This document shows positions 21,842 through 35,900 of a stretch of 64,000 bases of DNA, in pieces. The position numbers were made by a program, and so were the translations under genes. Source of the DNA: Atractiella rhizophila (taxonomy: Eukaryota); assembly GCA_021432655.1 (NCBI GenBank), contig MU271262.1, positions 1 to 64,000 of the forward strand, given 5' to 3'. The notes beneath the pieces were generated by a model. It worked only from the letters and a program-made list of their open reading frames with translations, was not told the DNA's origin and did no database searches. Positions within the stretch are counted from its first letter, which is position 1, and the number at the start of each line of letters is the position of its first letter.

Positions 21842-23614
21842 TGTAATGGTTAGGCCACATACATTATAGGAGATACTGGAACCTTCTGGAACCTCTTAGA
21901 ACAGCCGAGAACATTACTCTGGAATATGGTAGAACAGTTTACAACTGGGGGTCTTTCTGTGGATCTCATACCAGTAACACTATAAACAGCAGCTCTTTCA
22001 TAAGTCATAAGACTTTGAACAGACCTTACCTACCATCGATTGACAACAAAAACATCAACAAAACCAAGCAGACCACCTTGACTTGGGGACGGCCTTGTTA
22101 AAAGGACCAAAAACATAATAAAGGCCTCTTACAATAACAGTCGACAGAAGCAACGTTAGAACACAGGTGTGTTATCTTTAACGCTTCATTTACTTTTTTG
22201 TGCAGGTCAGAGTTTGCAGCGAGCATCTCATAAAAGACCATTCGATCAAGAGTTTGCAACTAGCATCTCATCCGGACCAGTCATTTACAAGTGGAGACTA
22301 TCAAGTACGACAACATGTCTACTATCAGTACTGCCGCATCTGTGAAGCAACACAAAGCTTCAACATCTGCCCAAAGGGAGGACCATATTGCAGACCTTAG
22401 TGATACTGAACAAGCCAATATTCCCAAGAAGACCTTGGGAGAAGAGCTAGAGGAAGCTCTTACACATGAGAAGGATACCAATCCCTAGGCTTGCAGCACT
22501 GCTCACTGAGCTTGCTGAAGAAAGCGCTTGTCTTAAAATGACATGGATGAGCTTCTATTCAATGTTTCTGCTCTCACGAGTAGGCTTGGAGAACAAACAC
22601 CAGAGCGAGGTGGTGAGCAGTTGAAGGCTGTTAGAAAGGCAATGAAGACTAATATTGCGGAAAACACATCATCCATCATAGGCAATAAGGAGAACCCAGC
22701 CTCATACCCACTTCAACAAGGAAGAAGGACAACACTTGAGACTATCTGTGAAGGAGAAGAGATTTCAGATCTTGACTTGAACTCACTTGATCATTCTGGA
22801 AAGAAGGATTCAGGGAAAAGAGTAATAGAAGGAGATACTATTAAACCCGAATCTGTTAGGCCGTTAAAGTCAACAAAGGCTAACATAACACATACATTTA
22901 GCTCAACTCCACTTAGAGCAAACAGGAAACAGCCTGTCCCACCACCTACAACAGGACAACAAAGGGAGTATAGGAAACACATGGAACGTGCCGAGCCTAC
23001 AGAGCTCTCCTCCTCAAACCCTGATGATGATGATAGTCACTATCCACCATCAGACCTTAGTGATGATAACCCTGAAGAAGACTGACCCCATTAAAGAGGG
23101 AAAGCAATCAAGCCGAAACAACACCAACGGATAGAAGTAGTTAAAGAGAGTGCGTCAAAGCTGAAGGCTGGTGACCTGCCCAAGTTCAACGGCTCGAGTG
23201 ATGATGTGGACCAGTGGATCCATAAAATTGACTCGATTTGGAGTTTTGGAGACACCTCAGAACGGAACCTATTGTCAGTTTTACCTCAGTGTCTTAAAGC
23301 TGAAGCACTTGATTGATTTTCATCACTAGAAGGGGAAGAACCTTACAAAAGATGTCACAAGATATGTTGAGCCCTGTCTGAGCTGCCAGAGATGTAAATA
23401 AAAAACCCATTGGACCTTTCAGACCCTTACGGATACCACCATCAAGATGGCACACGGTAACAATGGACTTCGCAGTTGGTCTTCCAGCATCTGGACATGA
23501 ACAATACGATTCTGTGCTCATCATGGTTGATAAACTCTCCAAACGCACACACTTCATAGCTACATTTACAACTATTGATGCAGTGGCATTAGCAAAACTA
23601 TTTTTCAAAGAGAT
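21842..23614 (+). mobile_element. Degenerate, internally deleted Gypsy element (LTR ~21842-22133, gag-like remnant, integrase fragment)
   Basis: TGTAA...TTACA LTR with TATAAA. Integrase motif WHTVTMDFAVGLP...YDSVLIMVDKLSKRTHFI at 23448-23614. Confidence 0.7.
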
Positions 23615-23998
23615 TGTTAGGGTTCTCCTATCATTGGTTCGCTCTTATGATTCATTTCAACCCCTGCGTGATCTTGAGTGGCTGGTCGCCTCTCCAGAAT
23701 AGTCTCGTTGAGAGGTGGGAGTAGAGATACAAAGGTACCATATGTCTCTCACCACCTCGATCTTGGAATGCCTCTTCAGATCTCCTCTTCAGAAAGAACA
23801 GAGCCATGTCCTTCACCCAAATTCACTAGTCATTCATTTGCCTGCACTATTCCAATGTTCAGGCACGTCTGTATCCTTCTAGGCTTTTGAGAATCTCACT
23901 CTAGACCTGTGATTTGGTCCTATTCATTCTTCTAATTCAAGGATATTTCAGCATAGACAGACACTGATCATTGATCATTAGGTCACCACAATCCTCCC

Positions 23999-26540
23999 AT
24001 GTATGAACACATTATCCAGGGCATTCTCACGGCTTCCGCCTTGCACACTCCCTCACCACTACCATTGCCAACACACTCAAGCACTGAACCTTTGCATGAT
24101 GGACAAAGCATGCCCCCGGACGGCTCCTCGAGCTCTTTAGACAGTAAATCCGAAGCAGAGCTGCTGTTCCAAGTCAACGATGCTCTGTCCACAAGCTTGA
24201 TAGCTATGGACCCTGAGCGTAACAATATCCCCAACTCTCAGGAGAACACATTTGTCCCTGCTTCTGCAGTCGACAAATTACCTGGAGGAGGTATTGCACT
24301 ATGGTTCAATGATGCTTTTTCTTGTTTTAGACCAGTGGAGACACTGACAGATTGGCTTCCTGCCTGTGGTGTGCTAAAGAACTACAACCATAGTATCCCA
24401 GCAGACATTGTGGTGATTCACAAAGTTGCTACAAACTGGAACATTAGAAACATGAGCCAGGTCAAGGACAAGCTCCTTGACCGAAACATTTGGATGAAGG
24501 ACGACATTGTCAAACTTGAATGGGTCTCTAAGAAGATCTTCATTGATAGAAACCTCGAACGTCCAGCGCTCAAAAGTTTCTTCTCTCTGCTGATCTTCTT
24601 TAAACACGGTCAGGTGGCAGACGAAGCCATTGAAAGAGGTGTATACTTCAACGGTAGACATCTACTAGCTGAAAAATCTGTGAGAGCCCTCCCACAGTGC
24701 TTCAACTGTTTCCAACTAGGACACTTGGGGAAAAGCTGTAACAGGAAGGGTAGCCCAATTTGTGCAGCCTGTGCTGAGGAACACGACACAAAAAATTGTA
24801 CAAAGAACCTCACTTGTTTCATGAAGGAAGGCGTCAATCTGTCACAATGTTCAGACGACACTAAAGGTGCGCCATGCTCTCACATAAGAGTCAACCTCTG
24901 CTGTGCATACTGTGGAGACGTTAGGCATGGCACACATGGTGCCTATGGTGGTGACAATTGTGTCAAAAAGACAGGCGATAGAGCAAAGGCCAGGAGATTA
25001 GAAAGAGACACTGGCGAGTACTTTGAAAAAGATGATTCAGGGGACGATATTAGGCTTGGCCTATATAAAGAAGAGTGCATGTCTGACGGCAGTATAACTG
25101 AAGCAACGTATCCGCCTATGCCGGCCCAATGTAGGAAGAGAACAGTAGAACTGCTAGGCATCGGCAACAAAGATATTATTGAATGAAACAAGACACATGT
25201 TCGTAGTCACATAAAGCCAGCATTACAACAGATAACAGTGATTTTGTACCTTCATTTAATCCTTTCACCCAATCTTCTTCTCTCCGTTCAAAGAAACATA
25301 TTTCCATCATTCACCAGAACCATCACAAAAGGGGCTCTGTCACTCACTCCTTTATGAACTCAGATGATAGATATACAGACATCATATTAATACAGGAGCC
25401 CCCTCAGTTATGCCTGATAGCAGCTCTCTTTTACATTACCCTGGCGACAAGTGTGTAGCCTCAAAAAAGGTCAAAACATCTGACTCAAGATCGGAAATCT
25501 CTCGATCCATACTACTCGCTATCAGAAACTCCTTTTCTAGAGAATCCTATTTTGAGCCTTCGAGCAATTTTGAAGACAACTCCTCTGCCATCTTCTTCCT
25601 CCCAGGTGGAGAATGACGACTAGTTATCAATGTTTTACAATGCAGGTGGAAAGATCCAACCCATACACGATGCAGCCTCCATCATAGAGGAAACATGCAC
25701 AAGTGGCCTACTCAGAGATGATGATCTAATATACGTCGGAGGAGACTTCAACTTACACCATCTCAAATGGAACCCTCCAGGATACACAAGATCTGACAAC
25801 AATGCCACTCTTATCCTGGAGAGATTTCAGGAATTAGGTCTAACGCTGAGATCACAAGCAGGCATCCCCACCTTCATTAGTCCACTTGGGCATGAAACCA
25901 CTATAGATCTTATTTCACTAAGAAATCAGGCAACGAATTCATTTCATACTGCGTTACTGACCAAGGGGGAGACAGTCACAACTCTGATCACTACAGGCTG
26001 CTCACCACCCTGTCTCTTATCCCACCTGCTTTTGATCTGCATCGCCATTATAACTTCCAGTCAGCTGATTGTTGTAGTGATTCTCTTACCAACTCTCAAT
26101 CTCATCTAGTAGCAGATTTGCCAGGGATGTGGGCCAGCTCTCGACACGGAAGGCGATAGACAAGGCTGTGGAGGATCTCACCCAGATGTTGGTAGAAGCC
26201 TTGAAGCTCCTCCCAAGAGCTTCGGAGAATCTTCCAACGAAACGGTGGTGGATAGCCCACCTCACAGAGAAGAAGAAAACGGTCAACAAACTCAGGAACC
26301 AATTCCTGAGGGTACGGAGGACAGGCAACAAGGAAGCTTCCCGGCAAGCTCGTGTTCTATGGCGTAAGGCTTCTAATCAATTCCACACTGACATTAGAAC
26401 AACCAAGGCCCTCCACTTCGAGGACTTCCTCGCCAACTTGGACCAACGCACCGTATGGACGGCACAAATGTGGTAAGAGGCAGGAACGGTGCCGCGACAT
26501 TCCTCCTCTTAAGAATCAGGATGTCACAAACGAGAGTCTC
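23999..26540 (+). mobile_element. Truncated LINE (Tad1-like): ORF1 plus degenerate APE endonuclease of ORF2
   Basis: ORF1 23999-25186 has three Cys/His knuckles (PQCFNCFQLGH, CAACAEEH, CAYCG...H). ORF2 motifs IILIQEP, GGDFNLHH..WN, PTF...TTIDL, SDH, with frameshifts. No RT present. Confidence 0.88.
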
Positions 26541-27700
26541 CAGTGCACCATCTCCTTTGTTTCGTTGTAACTGAGCCCATCGTCGCTTCCCGTCGTGGAG
26601 AGGCAAGACGGATAGAAATCTTGCCTGTAGGAGACAGAGACTGCATAGGTTCCCACATTGAGGCGGAAAGTGGATATCTCCTAAATAGCAGCAGCATTTA
26701 AAATTTTGCGCCTTTCTTTCTGCTAAGGTACTGCAACATACCGAAGTCACAATTCCAATCCAGACAAGAAGTCTAGTCTGTATCAAGAGTGAATTTGTCA
26801 CGGCGTCCTGTCCCCTAAATATGAGAGCTGACAAGGGAAGAAAGAAGGCAGGATGATTCCCTCATTCTTCTTCCAGCCTTTGGTCCTTGTTTGCGATGCT
26901 GGATTAACCCGAAGGAAAGGGCAACAAGACTTCAACCCCCACAATCCTCCAAGCGTATCTCAATGCATCCATTCTGACCGGGGCTCTGGCGAAGCATACC
27001 GAGAACGAGAACACGGGAGACACGGGAGCATGGCCAATTCTGATGCACTCTTGACCAATGTGAAGTAAACTTTCAACGCCGTGAGTCTAAACACGCGGCA
27101 GCTATATACAAGTGGATCATTAAGTAGAGCTATAGACCGGGGTAACTTTTTCAAAGCAAAGCAAAGGTTTTGATCAAAGCGAGAAGCATCGGCATACGGG
27201 ATAAAAGTTTGCAAACAGAAACAAAAATGCGCGGGGAATAAATAAAGTGTTCAGTAAGCGGTGTCAATTTTGAACGACAACCAAACCAAGTGAAGGGAGG
27301 GAACTGTTGCTGCAGTAGCACGTAACATACAGCACTTTGTTCTTTTGGAAAAGTTGAGTGTGTTGCCAGAGGAGCGGAAGTGGTCACTTTGAAAGTCACT
27401 GACGAATTGAAAAAGCAAACACAAATGCAGAGGCTGAAAGGAATGAGTGTGGTGAGTGAGCTAGGTGCTATAGCCCATATGAACAAACAAAATGAAGGAC
27501 TATGAGTTGGAGGTTGCGAAGATGATGGACGGGACTGGTACAGAATGAAGTAAATGAAGAAAGAGTGCTCTCAACCAAACACGCAAGCGGCCGATCCTTG
27601 GCGTTCCTCAGTGCTGATGCTGAGGGCATTGGTCGATGCATTGTGCCTTTTTTGAACAGGGTAAGCTGCGCAGGCTTTTTGGGTCATCTCGTTCCTCTCG

Positions 27701-29113
27701 TTAGCGCTTGTAACATCCTGGCCAACACAAAAGCATCACCTTAGTCTGTTTCTCCCTGCTTTTGCAATGAGGGGTGACGTACTCGGTATCATCTGGTCCC
27801 CTCATATCCACACTCATCCTCCTCCCTCTCTGGTAACTCCCCAGCCCATTCATTCCACTCATCATCCGGGTGACACTAGGGAGCCTAGGCCTCCCTATTC
27901 CCATCCCAGTCGTGGGCCTTTGTATCCCGATACCCAAGCCTCCCATTTCCCGATCACCCTCCATCATATCGTCTGGTTGGTAGTGAGAGTGATTGTATTC
28001 GCTGCTCGTTCTCGACGTGGGAGAGGGATTGGAAGAGCGTCCCCAGAAAGAGCGGGAGGCGGAGTTGGGGGAAACGGACCGCAGTGGTTGGGATTGTGTT
28101 GGTTGCGGAGAAGGTGCCCTCATGCCGAACATTCCTCTGGCTTGCTGAGGCTGCTGCTGCATTTGAGGTCCGGGGCTTGGTGCTCTTCTACCGAAGAGAC
28201 TTCCTGATGGTGGAGGCTGAGCCGGTGGCCGTGTGGCTTGAGGCGGGGGAGTCGAGGCTCTTGTTCCACCGAAGAGCCCGCGAGAGGGTTGAGTTTGGGG
28301 TTGGGTAGGAGGACGAGTCTGCATGGGAGGAAGCCGAGCGTTTGCGGTGTTTGTTGAAGAAGAGGGTAGACCGCTCCTCGCGAATAAGGTAGGACGAGGT
28401 TGCTGTTGGGCTTGGGATTGCGCGTAAGAAGGGAGGGGATCAGGTTGAGCTTCCGTTGGACGAGGAGCGAACATCGCAGTTGAAGGACGCGGTGGGGGTG
28501 TGGCTGCACGTACAGACAGGGCGTTCGGGGGACTCTTACTACTGGTGGAACTGCCGCCAAACAATCCGCCTGTCCCGCTTCGGTTCCTCGACGAGTTGTT
28601 GACATACATTTTAAATGGCACAATGACAGATTTGAGGGCTGGATCGTTACTAACCCGTGGAAGCGCACGATACTCCCGATTGTAATACGCGACGAGGTGC
28701 CAGCGCTCGACTGTCGTGTTCGATACCTGTCTGTTGATACAGATGGAGGCTCTGGTGAGAGGAAGCGCGCCCATTGGATAGTCGCGTTCGGTATAAGTGA
28801 GAAAGACGCCGGACATCCTGGACTGCCCGCACTGATGTCGATCGATCGAGGAATGATAACCAGTTAGTTCTTTATTCCTCCATCATAAGGTTCGAGGAGA
28901 TGTATGCACCTTCAAGTGATCGGTCCATCGCATCATCCCGCTTTTACCTTCCTCAAAAACAAAGACGGTACCGTGCTGGATTAGCTCTTCCCTCTCCTGC
29001 TCGTCTAACCTTCTCGGCATGTCAACGAGCTTCCCAACAACACACGCGTGTACGATCTTCTCCACGTCGGTGATGTCAGCTACGTAACCGTACCAAGTAG
29101 GTTGCAAAGACAT
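27701..29113 (-). CDS. Gti1/Pac2 (WOPR) family transcription factor, full-length copy A
   Basis: Exon 1 29113-28910 (PTWYGYV...PRRL..ER..LIQHGTVFVFEE..SGMMRWTD), intron 28909-28832, exon 2 from 28831 (SR..G.FLTY.E...WHLVAYY...DP.L), then a P/Q/S-rich tail. The 3' end may contain another intron. Confidence 0.88.
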
Positions 29114-32057
29114 AAGAGCTCTGGACTACGGGAGGCTGTTGGTTCTTTGTGGGAAGTTGTGGAGTGTGCTAGTCTGCTTGCAGGTTTTGCGGGCGTTATT
29201 GTGGGCATGGAGTGGTTTGCTCCTCCAATTTATTGAGACCCAGTGGAAAGGAACAGTTAACAAGGGGAAGCTCCAGAAGGCATATCTAACACATCTTTGC
29301 ATAGGTATTCTATCGTATTGCATTTGTGACACTCAGAAATGAAGAACAGTCGTTCCTGCTGATGAATAATAACCGATGTTCATATTAACCGACGTTTCTA
29401 TGCATAATATAGTTGAGATTCAGAATGTTGATAAACTCGAAGCGCTGCATGGCGCCAATACGCGGGTCCGAGATATGACGTGAAACTCTTCCGCGCCTTC
29501 CAGTTTTTCGGTTGCCTGACGAGTCTGTGCTTTTTTCATTGACTTTTGAGAGAGGAGCACTTCCGCCTTCTGACTTTCCAGTTCCAGCCATAGGCAGCAG
29601 ACAAGGTTCAACCAGTCGAGGGTGTCTCTTAGTGTAGCAGAGTAAGTAGTCCTTCCTGTTTTCTTCGGAACATCATGCACACGATCCCATCCCTGCACCG
29701 TTTTTTTCGTTTTTTCGTGCACGCCCTCTTTAACAAGGTTGAAGCTTTCAAGCTTGTTACAGTTAGGCGCATCGAACCCTCAATCGTGGATCAGATATTA
29801 ACGATATAGCTCACCTAGCAATAATCCTCACAATGTTTGAAAAGTCTAGCACAGACTTTGACGTGGACACCTCGAGAAACTAGTCATAGTCATAAAAACG
29901 ATCATCGAAGTTTCTTCACGCACAGTTGGAGCTTCCATCAGGTCCCCATATTTTCCTGTTGTTTTAGAGGCGAGACGCCTTAGGTACAAATGTGAGTGCG
30001 ACTGCGAAGAGGACATAAGTTGTTGCCCACAGAAGGTGGAAGCTCGAAATGAAAAGCGGGCGTCCTTACAGTTTTTGATAAAAAAGTTGGGACAGAGCAC
30101 CAGTGCTAAGGTGATTCATTCTGGGTTTCTGTTTCTGGTTGCGTGATTTCAACACTCTAGCTGCTTTTGGCAGCATGAGCTCGAAGCTAGATAATATAGC
30201 TACTGGGGAGTTCGTGTGTCGGGTCGCCGCAAGTTTGCTGCAAGGGTCTGACGGAAACGGAAAGTCGCTATTCCCATATTCCATAGTTTGATTTGGGAGG
30301 ACCTAGACGGGCCAAATTTTATTGCTTGACAAAGAGCTCTTTTCTGATGATGCCTAGTACTGAGTCTTCCTGGATACCCTCGTGAGTGGGAGACTGTGAG
30401 GTCACCTCGCAAATGGAAGCTCGAAGCCGTGTATCTCATGATCACGATGAGGATGAGGCCGAAGAAGAGGCGATACTCTACCTCCTTTAATACTCAATAT
30501 TCAATGCCTATGGAGAGGACGGATCCTGACGGGAAGTAATTTCATCTGAGCGTCCTCCGAGGACGGAGCACATCGCCTTTGACCGAATGTGGCACAAGTG
30601 AAGGGGTCTCCTCGGCAGGCTAGGATGTCCGTGAATGCAAATGATTGAGATGTTCGTCCCCTGGGTTCGCCAGCGTAGTGATCATAATGGGATGCTGAAT
30701 TCAGAGGACGGAGTTCTAGCTTCCTTTCACTTTCAGTTCACATACCACTTTCATAGGAAATCTCATATCCTCTCAAACCTTGCTCCTCGCCTACGCTCCG
30801 GCTGAGAAAGAAGTATTCTTGGCTCTTTTATTTATAACTCTTTGCTCTTGACACGAATGAGGTTCCACACAAACTTAAGACAGACGTGAATTCCTGATTT
30901 GTCCTAGAAGTTCAGTTCCCTTGAGCCTTGTACCCTTTTCCAGTAGCGGTATTCATCCTTGCAGTTTTCTTGCAACAGTGGACAAGAATTGTTTGGAAGG
31001 AGCACGATTTTGGACGTGTTGCCAGTAGTTCCAATTTGAATTTGGTATTTACTAACTTCAAGGCTTCATACCATTTTTTTTCTGTCGTTGGGGGACATAC
31101 GGCTGCATGGGGTTGAGGACCCAAGGCAGGAGGATCCAAGGCAGGAAGACGCCAATGGCAGCAAGTCCGTACCCTACTCGGATCCCAAAGCAACCGCAGA
31201 AGTCTGTATTAAGACAGCCAAGAGGAAGGAAGAAGACAACAATTTCGTGATTCGGCTTCTAGATTGCAAGACCTTTTCATTCCGCATTGAGTAGAATCCT
31301 TTGTGCATTGGCCTTGGAAGGTTCAAGTTGGTGCGGCCACTGCAATCTATGCGTGCCTAATATGACGTATTGCGGCGAGCGATTACTCCAGCTCTGTGGC
31401 CATTCACTCAGAAGAAGCGACTATCTTGTTCCATCTCTAGTAAATATTCCCAAATCAGCTCCTCCACATTGCACAGAGAAATCATCCCGTCCGAGATGGG
31501 CTGTCCGGTTCTCTTTCGCGGTCATGTCTACGAATTATCGTCCCTCATCTGGTCCCACTGTTGACAACGGCAAAAATTGCAGCGAAAACGTACATCCTCC
31601 GAATTTGAATGGTCGAAGCCACATCCCGCTTCCCACTCTGGGTTGGGCACACAGCGAGCGATCGAGCTCTCACTCTGAGCCACCTTGTTCTACTTGGCTT
31701 GTTCTCCCACTTGTACTAACACTTTGGTCTCCATCCCATTGCTGCAGCGATTATGGACAAGACACAGTCACATTTCTGCATTTGCAATCATTATCTGAAT
31801 TGTCCGCTATGCGCTGTTGTCCCATGGCAGCTTGGCAGGGATTTCTCTCTCGCTGCGCGTCATTGGCCTGAACGTGGATCCCATTATTATAGCCAGACAT
31901 CGCGCTCGCTTTCATTCCTCTCGGTCTAAGAATAGCGACGCGGAGCAATGGCTTGTTAAAAGGCTAGCGCTAGCAGGAGCTGGCGTGGTTTTGTTCGACC
32001 GATCCCAATCCACTCTCCAAGAGAGGCTGTCGTAGTGATTCTGGAAGGCATTCCACG

Positions 32058-32444
32058 ATGCCGATGAAGGTGTTTGTTCTTTGTGCTCTCACTCTCGCTG
32101 GAGGGGCTTTCGCATCTCCCTTCGCTGAGAAATGGCAGGCTGCAACGGCCACTTTCACCGTCTTCCCTGCTGCTGGGAGTGCGTGTTCTCCTGTCTTCGT
32201 CCTTCCTGACAGGCCCAGACGGGAGTGCTAACCGCCGCCAATGAAAACAACTAGCATCAGCATCCCCTGACCTCTTTCCCGACGAAAGCCAAGTCGGGTA
32301 CCCAGGTCCCACCGCGACTGGTGCAGAGCCTTTGGCCATCGCGACGGCGCCAGCCTACGCGGGGAATGGCGCTCAATTCTTCCCTCTTGTCGCTGCCGGG
32401 AAGGGAGGAAACGCGACAGCGAGTGGAAATCCTGCAACGACGAA
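32058..32444 (+). pseudogene. Duplicated 5' fragment of the phytase gene
   Basis: Near-identical to 36048-36434 (MKVFVLCALTLAGGAFASP...). Truncated before the RHGxRxP motif. Confidence 0.88.
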
Positions 32445-32955
32445 ATCGGTTCCTCGACGAGTTGTTGACATACATTTTAAATGGCACAATGACAGATTTG
32501 AGCGCTGGATCGTTACTAACTCGTGGAAGCGGACGATACTCCCGATTGTAATACGCGACGAGGTGCCAGCGCTCGACTGTCGCGTTCGATACCTGTCTGT
32601 TGATACAGATGGAGGCTCTGGTGAGAGGAAGCGCGCCGATTGGATACTCGCGTTCGGTATAAGTGAGAAAGACACCTGACATTCTCGATTGTCCGCACTG
32701 ATATCCAGTTAGTTCTTTATTCTCTCTATTCTAAGGTTCGAGGATATGCACCTTCAAGTGATCGGTCCATCGCATCATCCCGCTTTTGCCTTCTTCAAAT
32801 ACGAAGACGGTGCCGTGCTGGATTAGCTCTTTCCTCTCCTGCTCGTCTAACCTTCTAGGCATGTCAACGAGCTTCCCAACAACACATGCGTGTACGATCT
32901 TCTCAACGTCGGTGATGTCAGCTACGTAACCGTACCAAGTAGGTTGCAGAGACAT
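32257..32955 (-). CDS. WOPR-domain-only chimeric copy B (~214 aa)
   Basis: Exon 1 32955-32752, intact 54-nt intron, exon 2 from 32697. The WOPR domain is complete. The C-terminus is read from antisense phytase sequence. Confidence 0.65.
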
Positions 32956-35900
32956 AACAACTCTGGAAGTCGGCAAGCCGTGTGGTGGGAAGATTGCGGA
33001 AGATATGGGTTTGTTTGTAGGTTTTGTCGGCTTTATCCGGGCGTCAAGCGAGAGGCTCTTCATATTTATTGATGGATGAACAAGGCGACAGAAGGTCGAC
33101 GGAACAATTGACAACAATGCGAGATTTCGAAGCGAAGCGAATTCCATGAAGACCATCTGAGGCGAAGCTGAAGAATGCTTCTGTTCGCCTGGTGTGCAGC
33201 CAGTTGCATGATATCTTCTTTTCACAACTCCCGTTAATGGGTTCGGGCGTCTCCTCAACTTTATTAGAGTGATTAAATTTCAATTACTGCCAAAAATTAG
33301 TCCCACCATGTCAAAGATGTTCTGTTATTCAGCTCTTGTTTACTACCCCACACTTCCTGCAATACTTTATCGTATTGCATTAATACTTTTTCATTCAAGC
33401 AATCTGGCGACAAATTACAGCTGGATTGTTGCAAAAGAAGGAAGCTTGCTTGCTTATTACTAACAAGCAAAGTTTATGTCCGTTAATCTCACCCGATCTT
33501 TCGATGCACGATAGAGTTGAGATTCAGAACTCTAATAAGCGCTATGCGTCTCGTAACCTAGCGTACCGGTACCGTTTTCATTTTTGCAGGATCTTGTAGC
33601 CAGAAGAGACGATGAAACTGTTCGGCGCATCCGATTTTCGGTAATTGGAAGCTTACCTGCTTGTTTCATTGACAAGTTCGAGGAGAGAAGTTCTGGCTTT
33701 CCAATTCCGGCCATCGGCAACAGACAAGCCAGTCAAGCGTGTCTCTTAGTGCCGCAGGAGTAAGTCTCCTTCCTGTTTCTCTGGGACATGATCCATCCGA
33801 GCGGAACAGGTGCCGTTTTGTCTCTTTGCGACGCCTCCATGCCATGTTTGAAGCTTTCAAGCTTGTTACAGTTGGGCGCGTTGGACCTAACCTTGATTGG
33901 GGATCAAGACGTTAACGATATGGCTCACCTGCGATAATCCTCACAAAGTTTGAAAAGTCGAGCACAGACTTGACATGGACACCTTGACAAACTAATCATT
34001 ATCATACAAACGGTCAGCGAAGTTTCTTCACGCACGGTTGGGGCTTCCATCAGTCCACATATTTCCCTCTTGTGATGGGACGGGACGCCTAGGCACGACT
34101 GTGAGGTTGAGCAACTACGCGAGCGAAGGGGCATAAATCCATGCTGATGGATATGTGCAGCGGAAAGCTGGGCCGCTGAAACCATTGCGGCACGAACCCA
34201 CAGAAGGTGGAGGCACGGAAAGTCGCTGCTCCTGATTGATTTGGGAGGATCTGAACGGGCCAAATTTATTGCTCAAAAAAGCTTTTCTCTGATGACGATA
34301 CCAAATCTCCCTCGCTACCCTTGTCAGAGCGGGAGACTGGGGGTCGTGCCCTGTCCACCTTGCAAACAGAAGCCAGTGTATCTCATGATCATGATGAGGC
34401 CGAAGCGGTACTCACTACCTCATTCAACATTCAATATCCAATGCCTATGGAGAGGATGGATCGTGATGGGGAGTAATTTCATCCGAGCGTCTCCTCTTCA
34501 TGCTCTTCACCATCTCGGGCTCCAAGGACGGAGCACATCGCCTTTGACCGAATATGACACAAGTAAAGGGGCTCTTCTCGGCAGGCTAGGATGCTCGTGA
34601 ATGCAAATGATTGAAATGTTCGTCTCCTGGGTTTCGCCAGCATAGTAATCATAATATGCTGAATTCAGAGGACGGAGTTCTAGCTTCCTTTCACTTTCAG
34701 TTTTCACATACCTTTTCATAGAAATTCTCAGATATCCGCAGGAAAGAAATATTCTTGGTTCTTTATCAATCTTATCTAAGAGAGGCGTCAACTAATTTTG
34801 CAAGGGAAGTTCAGATTCCTCTGAGCGACCCTTGAGCCTTGTACCTTTATCGGTAGTGGTATTCCAACCTTGTATTTTTCTTGCAACAAGTGAACGAGAA
34901 TTGCTGAGAGGGTGTTCGATTTTGAACTCGTTGCCAGCGGTCCCAATTTTAATGTAGGATTTGCTAAATTCAAAGCTTCATACCATATTTTTCTGCAGTT
35001 GGGGGAAAATGGGTGCGAAGGTTGAGGATCCAAGGCAGGAAGAAGCCAATGGAAGCAGAGTCCATGCACAGCTCGTATCCCAAAGCAATGGCAGAAGTCT
35101 GAGTGAGGATCTCTTGAAAGACTCACAAGGAACGAAGAACGGGATATTATTTGTGGTTGGGCTTCCAGATTGCAAGTCCTTTTATTCCCCATTAAGTAGA
35201 ATGGTTCGTGCATCGGTCAAGGTTCAAATTGGTGAGGAAGAGTGGCCACTGCAATCAGTGCATGCCCAGTATATAATGTGACTTATTGCGGCGTGCGATT
35301 ACCTTGATCCGAAGTTGTTACTCCAACTCTGTGGCCATTCACTGGGAAGAAGCAGATACCTTGTTCCATCTCCAGCAAATATTCCCAAACCAGCTTCTCC
35401 TAGATGCACATATTAGCGATTGGCATCAAAGTGATCTTGCCAATAATCCCGTCCGAGTCGAGTGAGCTAGTCGATGGACTGTCCGGCTCTCTTTCGCCCA
35501 TTCTACAAATTACCGTCCCCCACCATTTGACAATAGCGAAAGGGTACATCCTCCGAATTTGAATGGTCAAAGCTGTTGCGGGACAATCCCGCTTCTCACT
35601 CTGGGTTGGGCAAGAGCAAGCGATCGAGCTCTCACTCTGAGCCCTGACTTGGACCTTGTTCCTCTCTGCTTTGCACTCTCAACTCATAGCGTTGTAGTCG
35701 CACCACCCACTCTTCGCGCTTATGAGAGACCGCGACACAGTCAGGTTTCTGCATTTGCAATCATTTTCTGAATTGTGCACTATGCCGCTATGCCTGCCGC
35801 TGTGCCTGTCTCATTAGCAGCTCGGCATGGATTTCTCTTTCGCTGCGCGTCATTGGGTTGAACGTGGATCCCATTATTATAGCCAGACATCGCGCTCGCT

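Noticed and set aside
29846..31871. Short ORFs in the duplicated intergenic region
   Set aside because: Reading frames are not preserved between the two units and there are no recognisable motifs. At most a decayed remnant.
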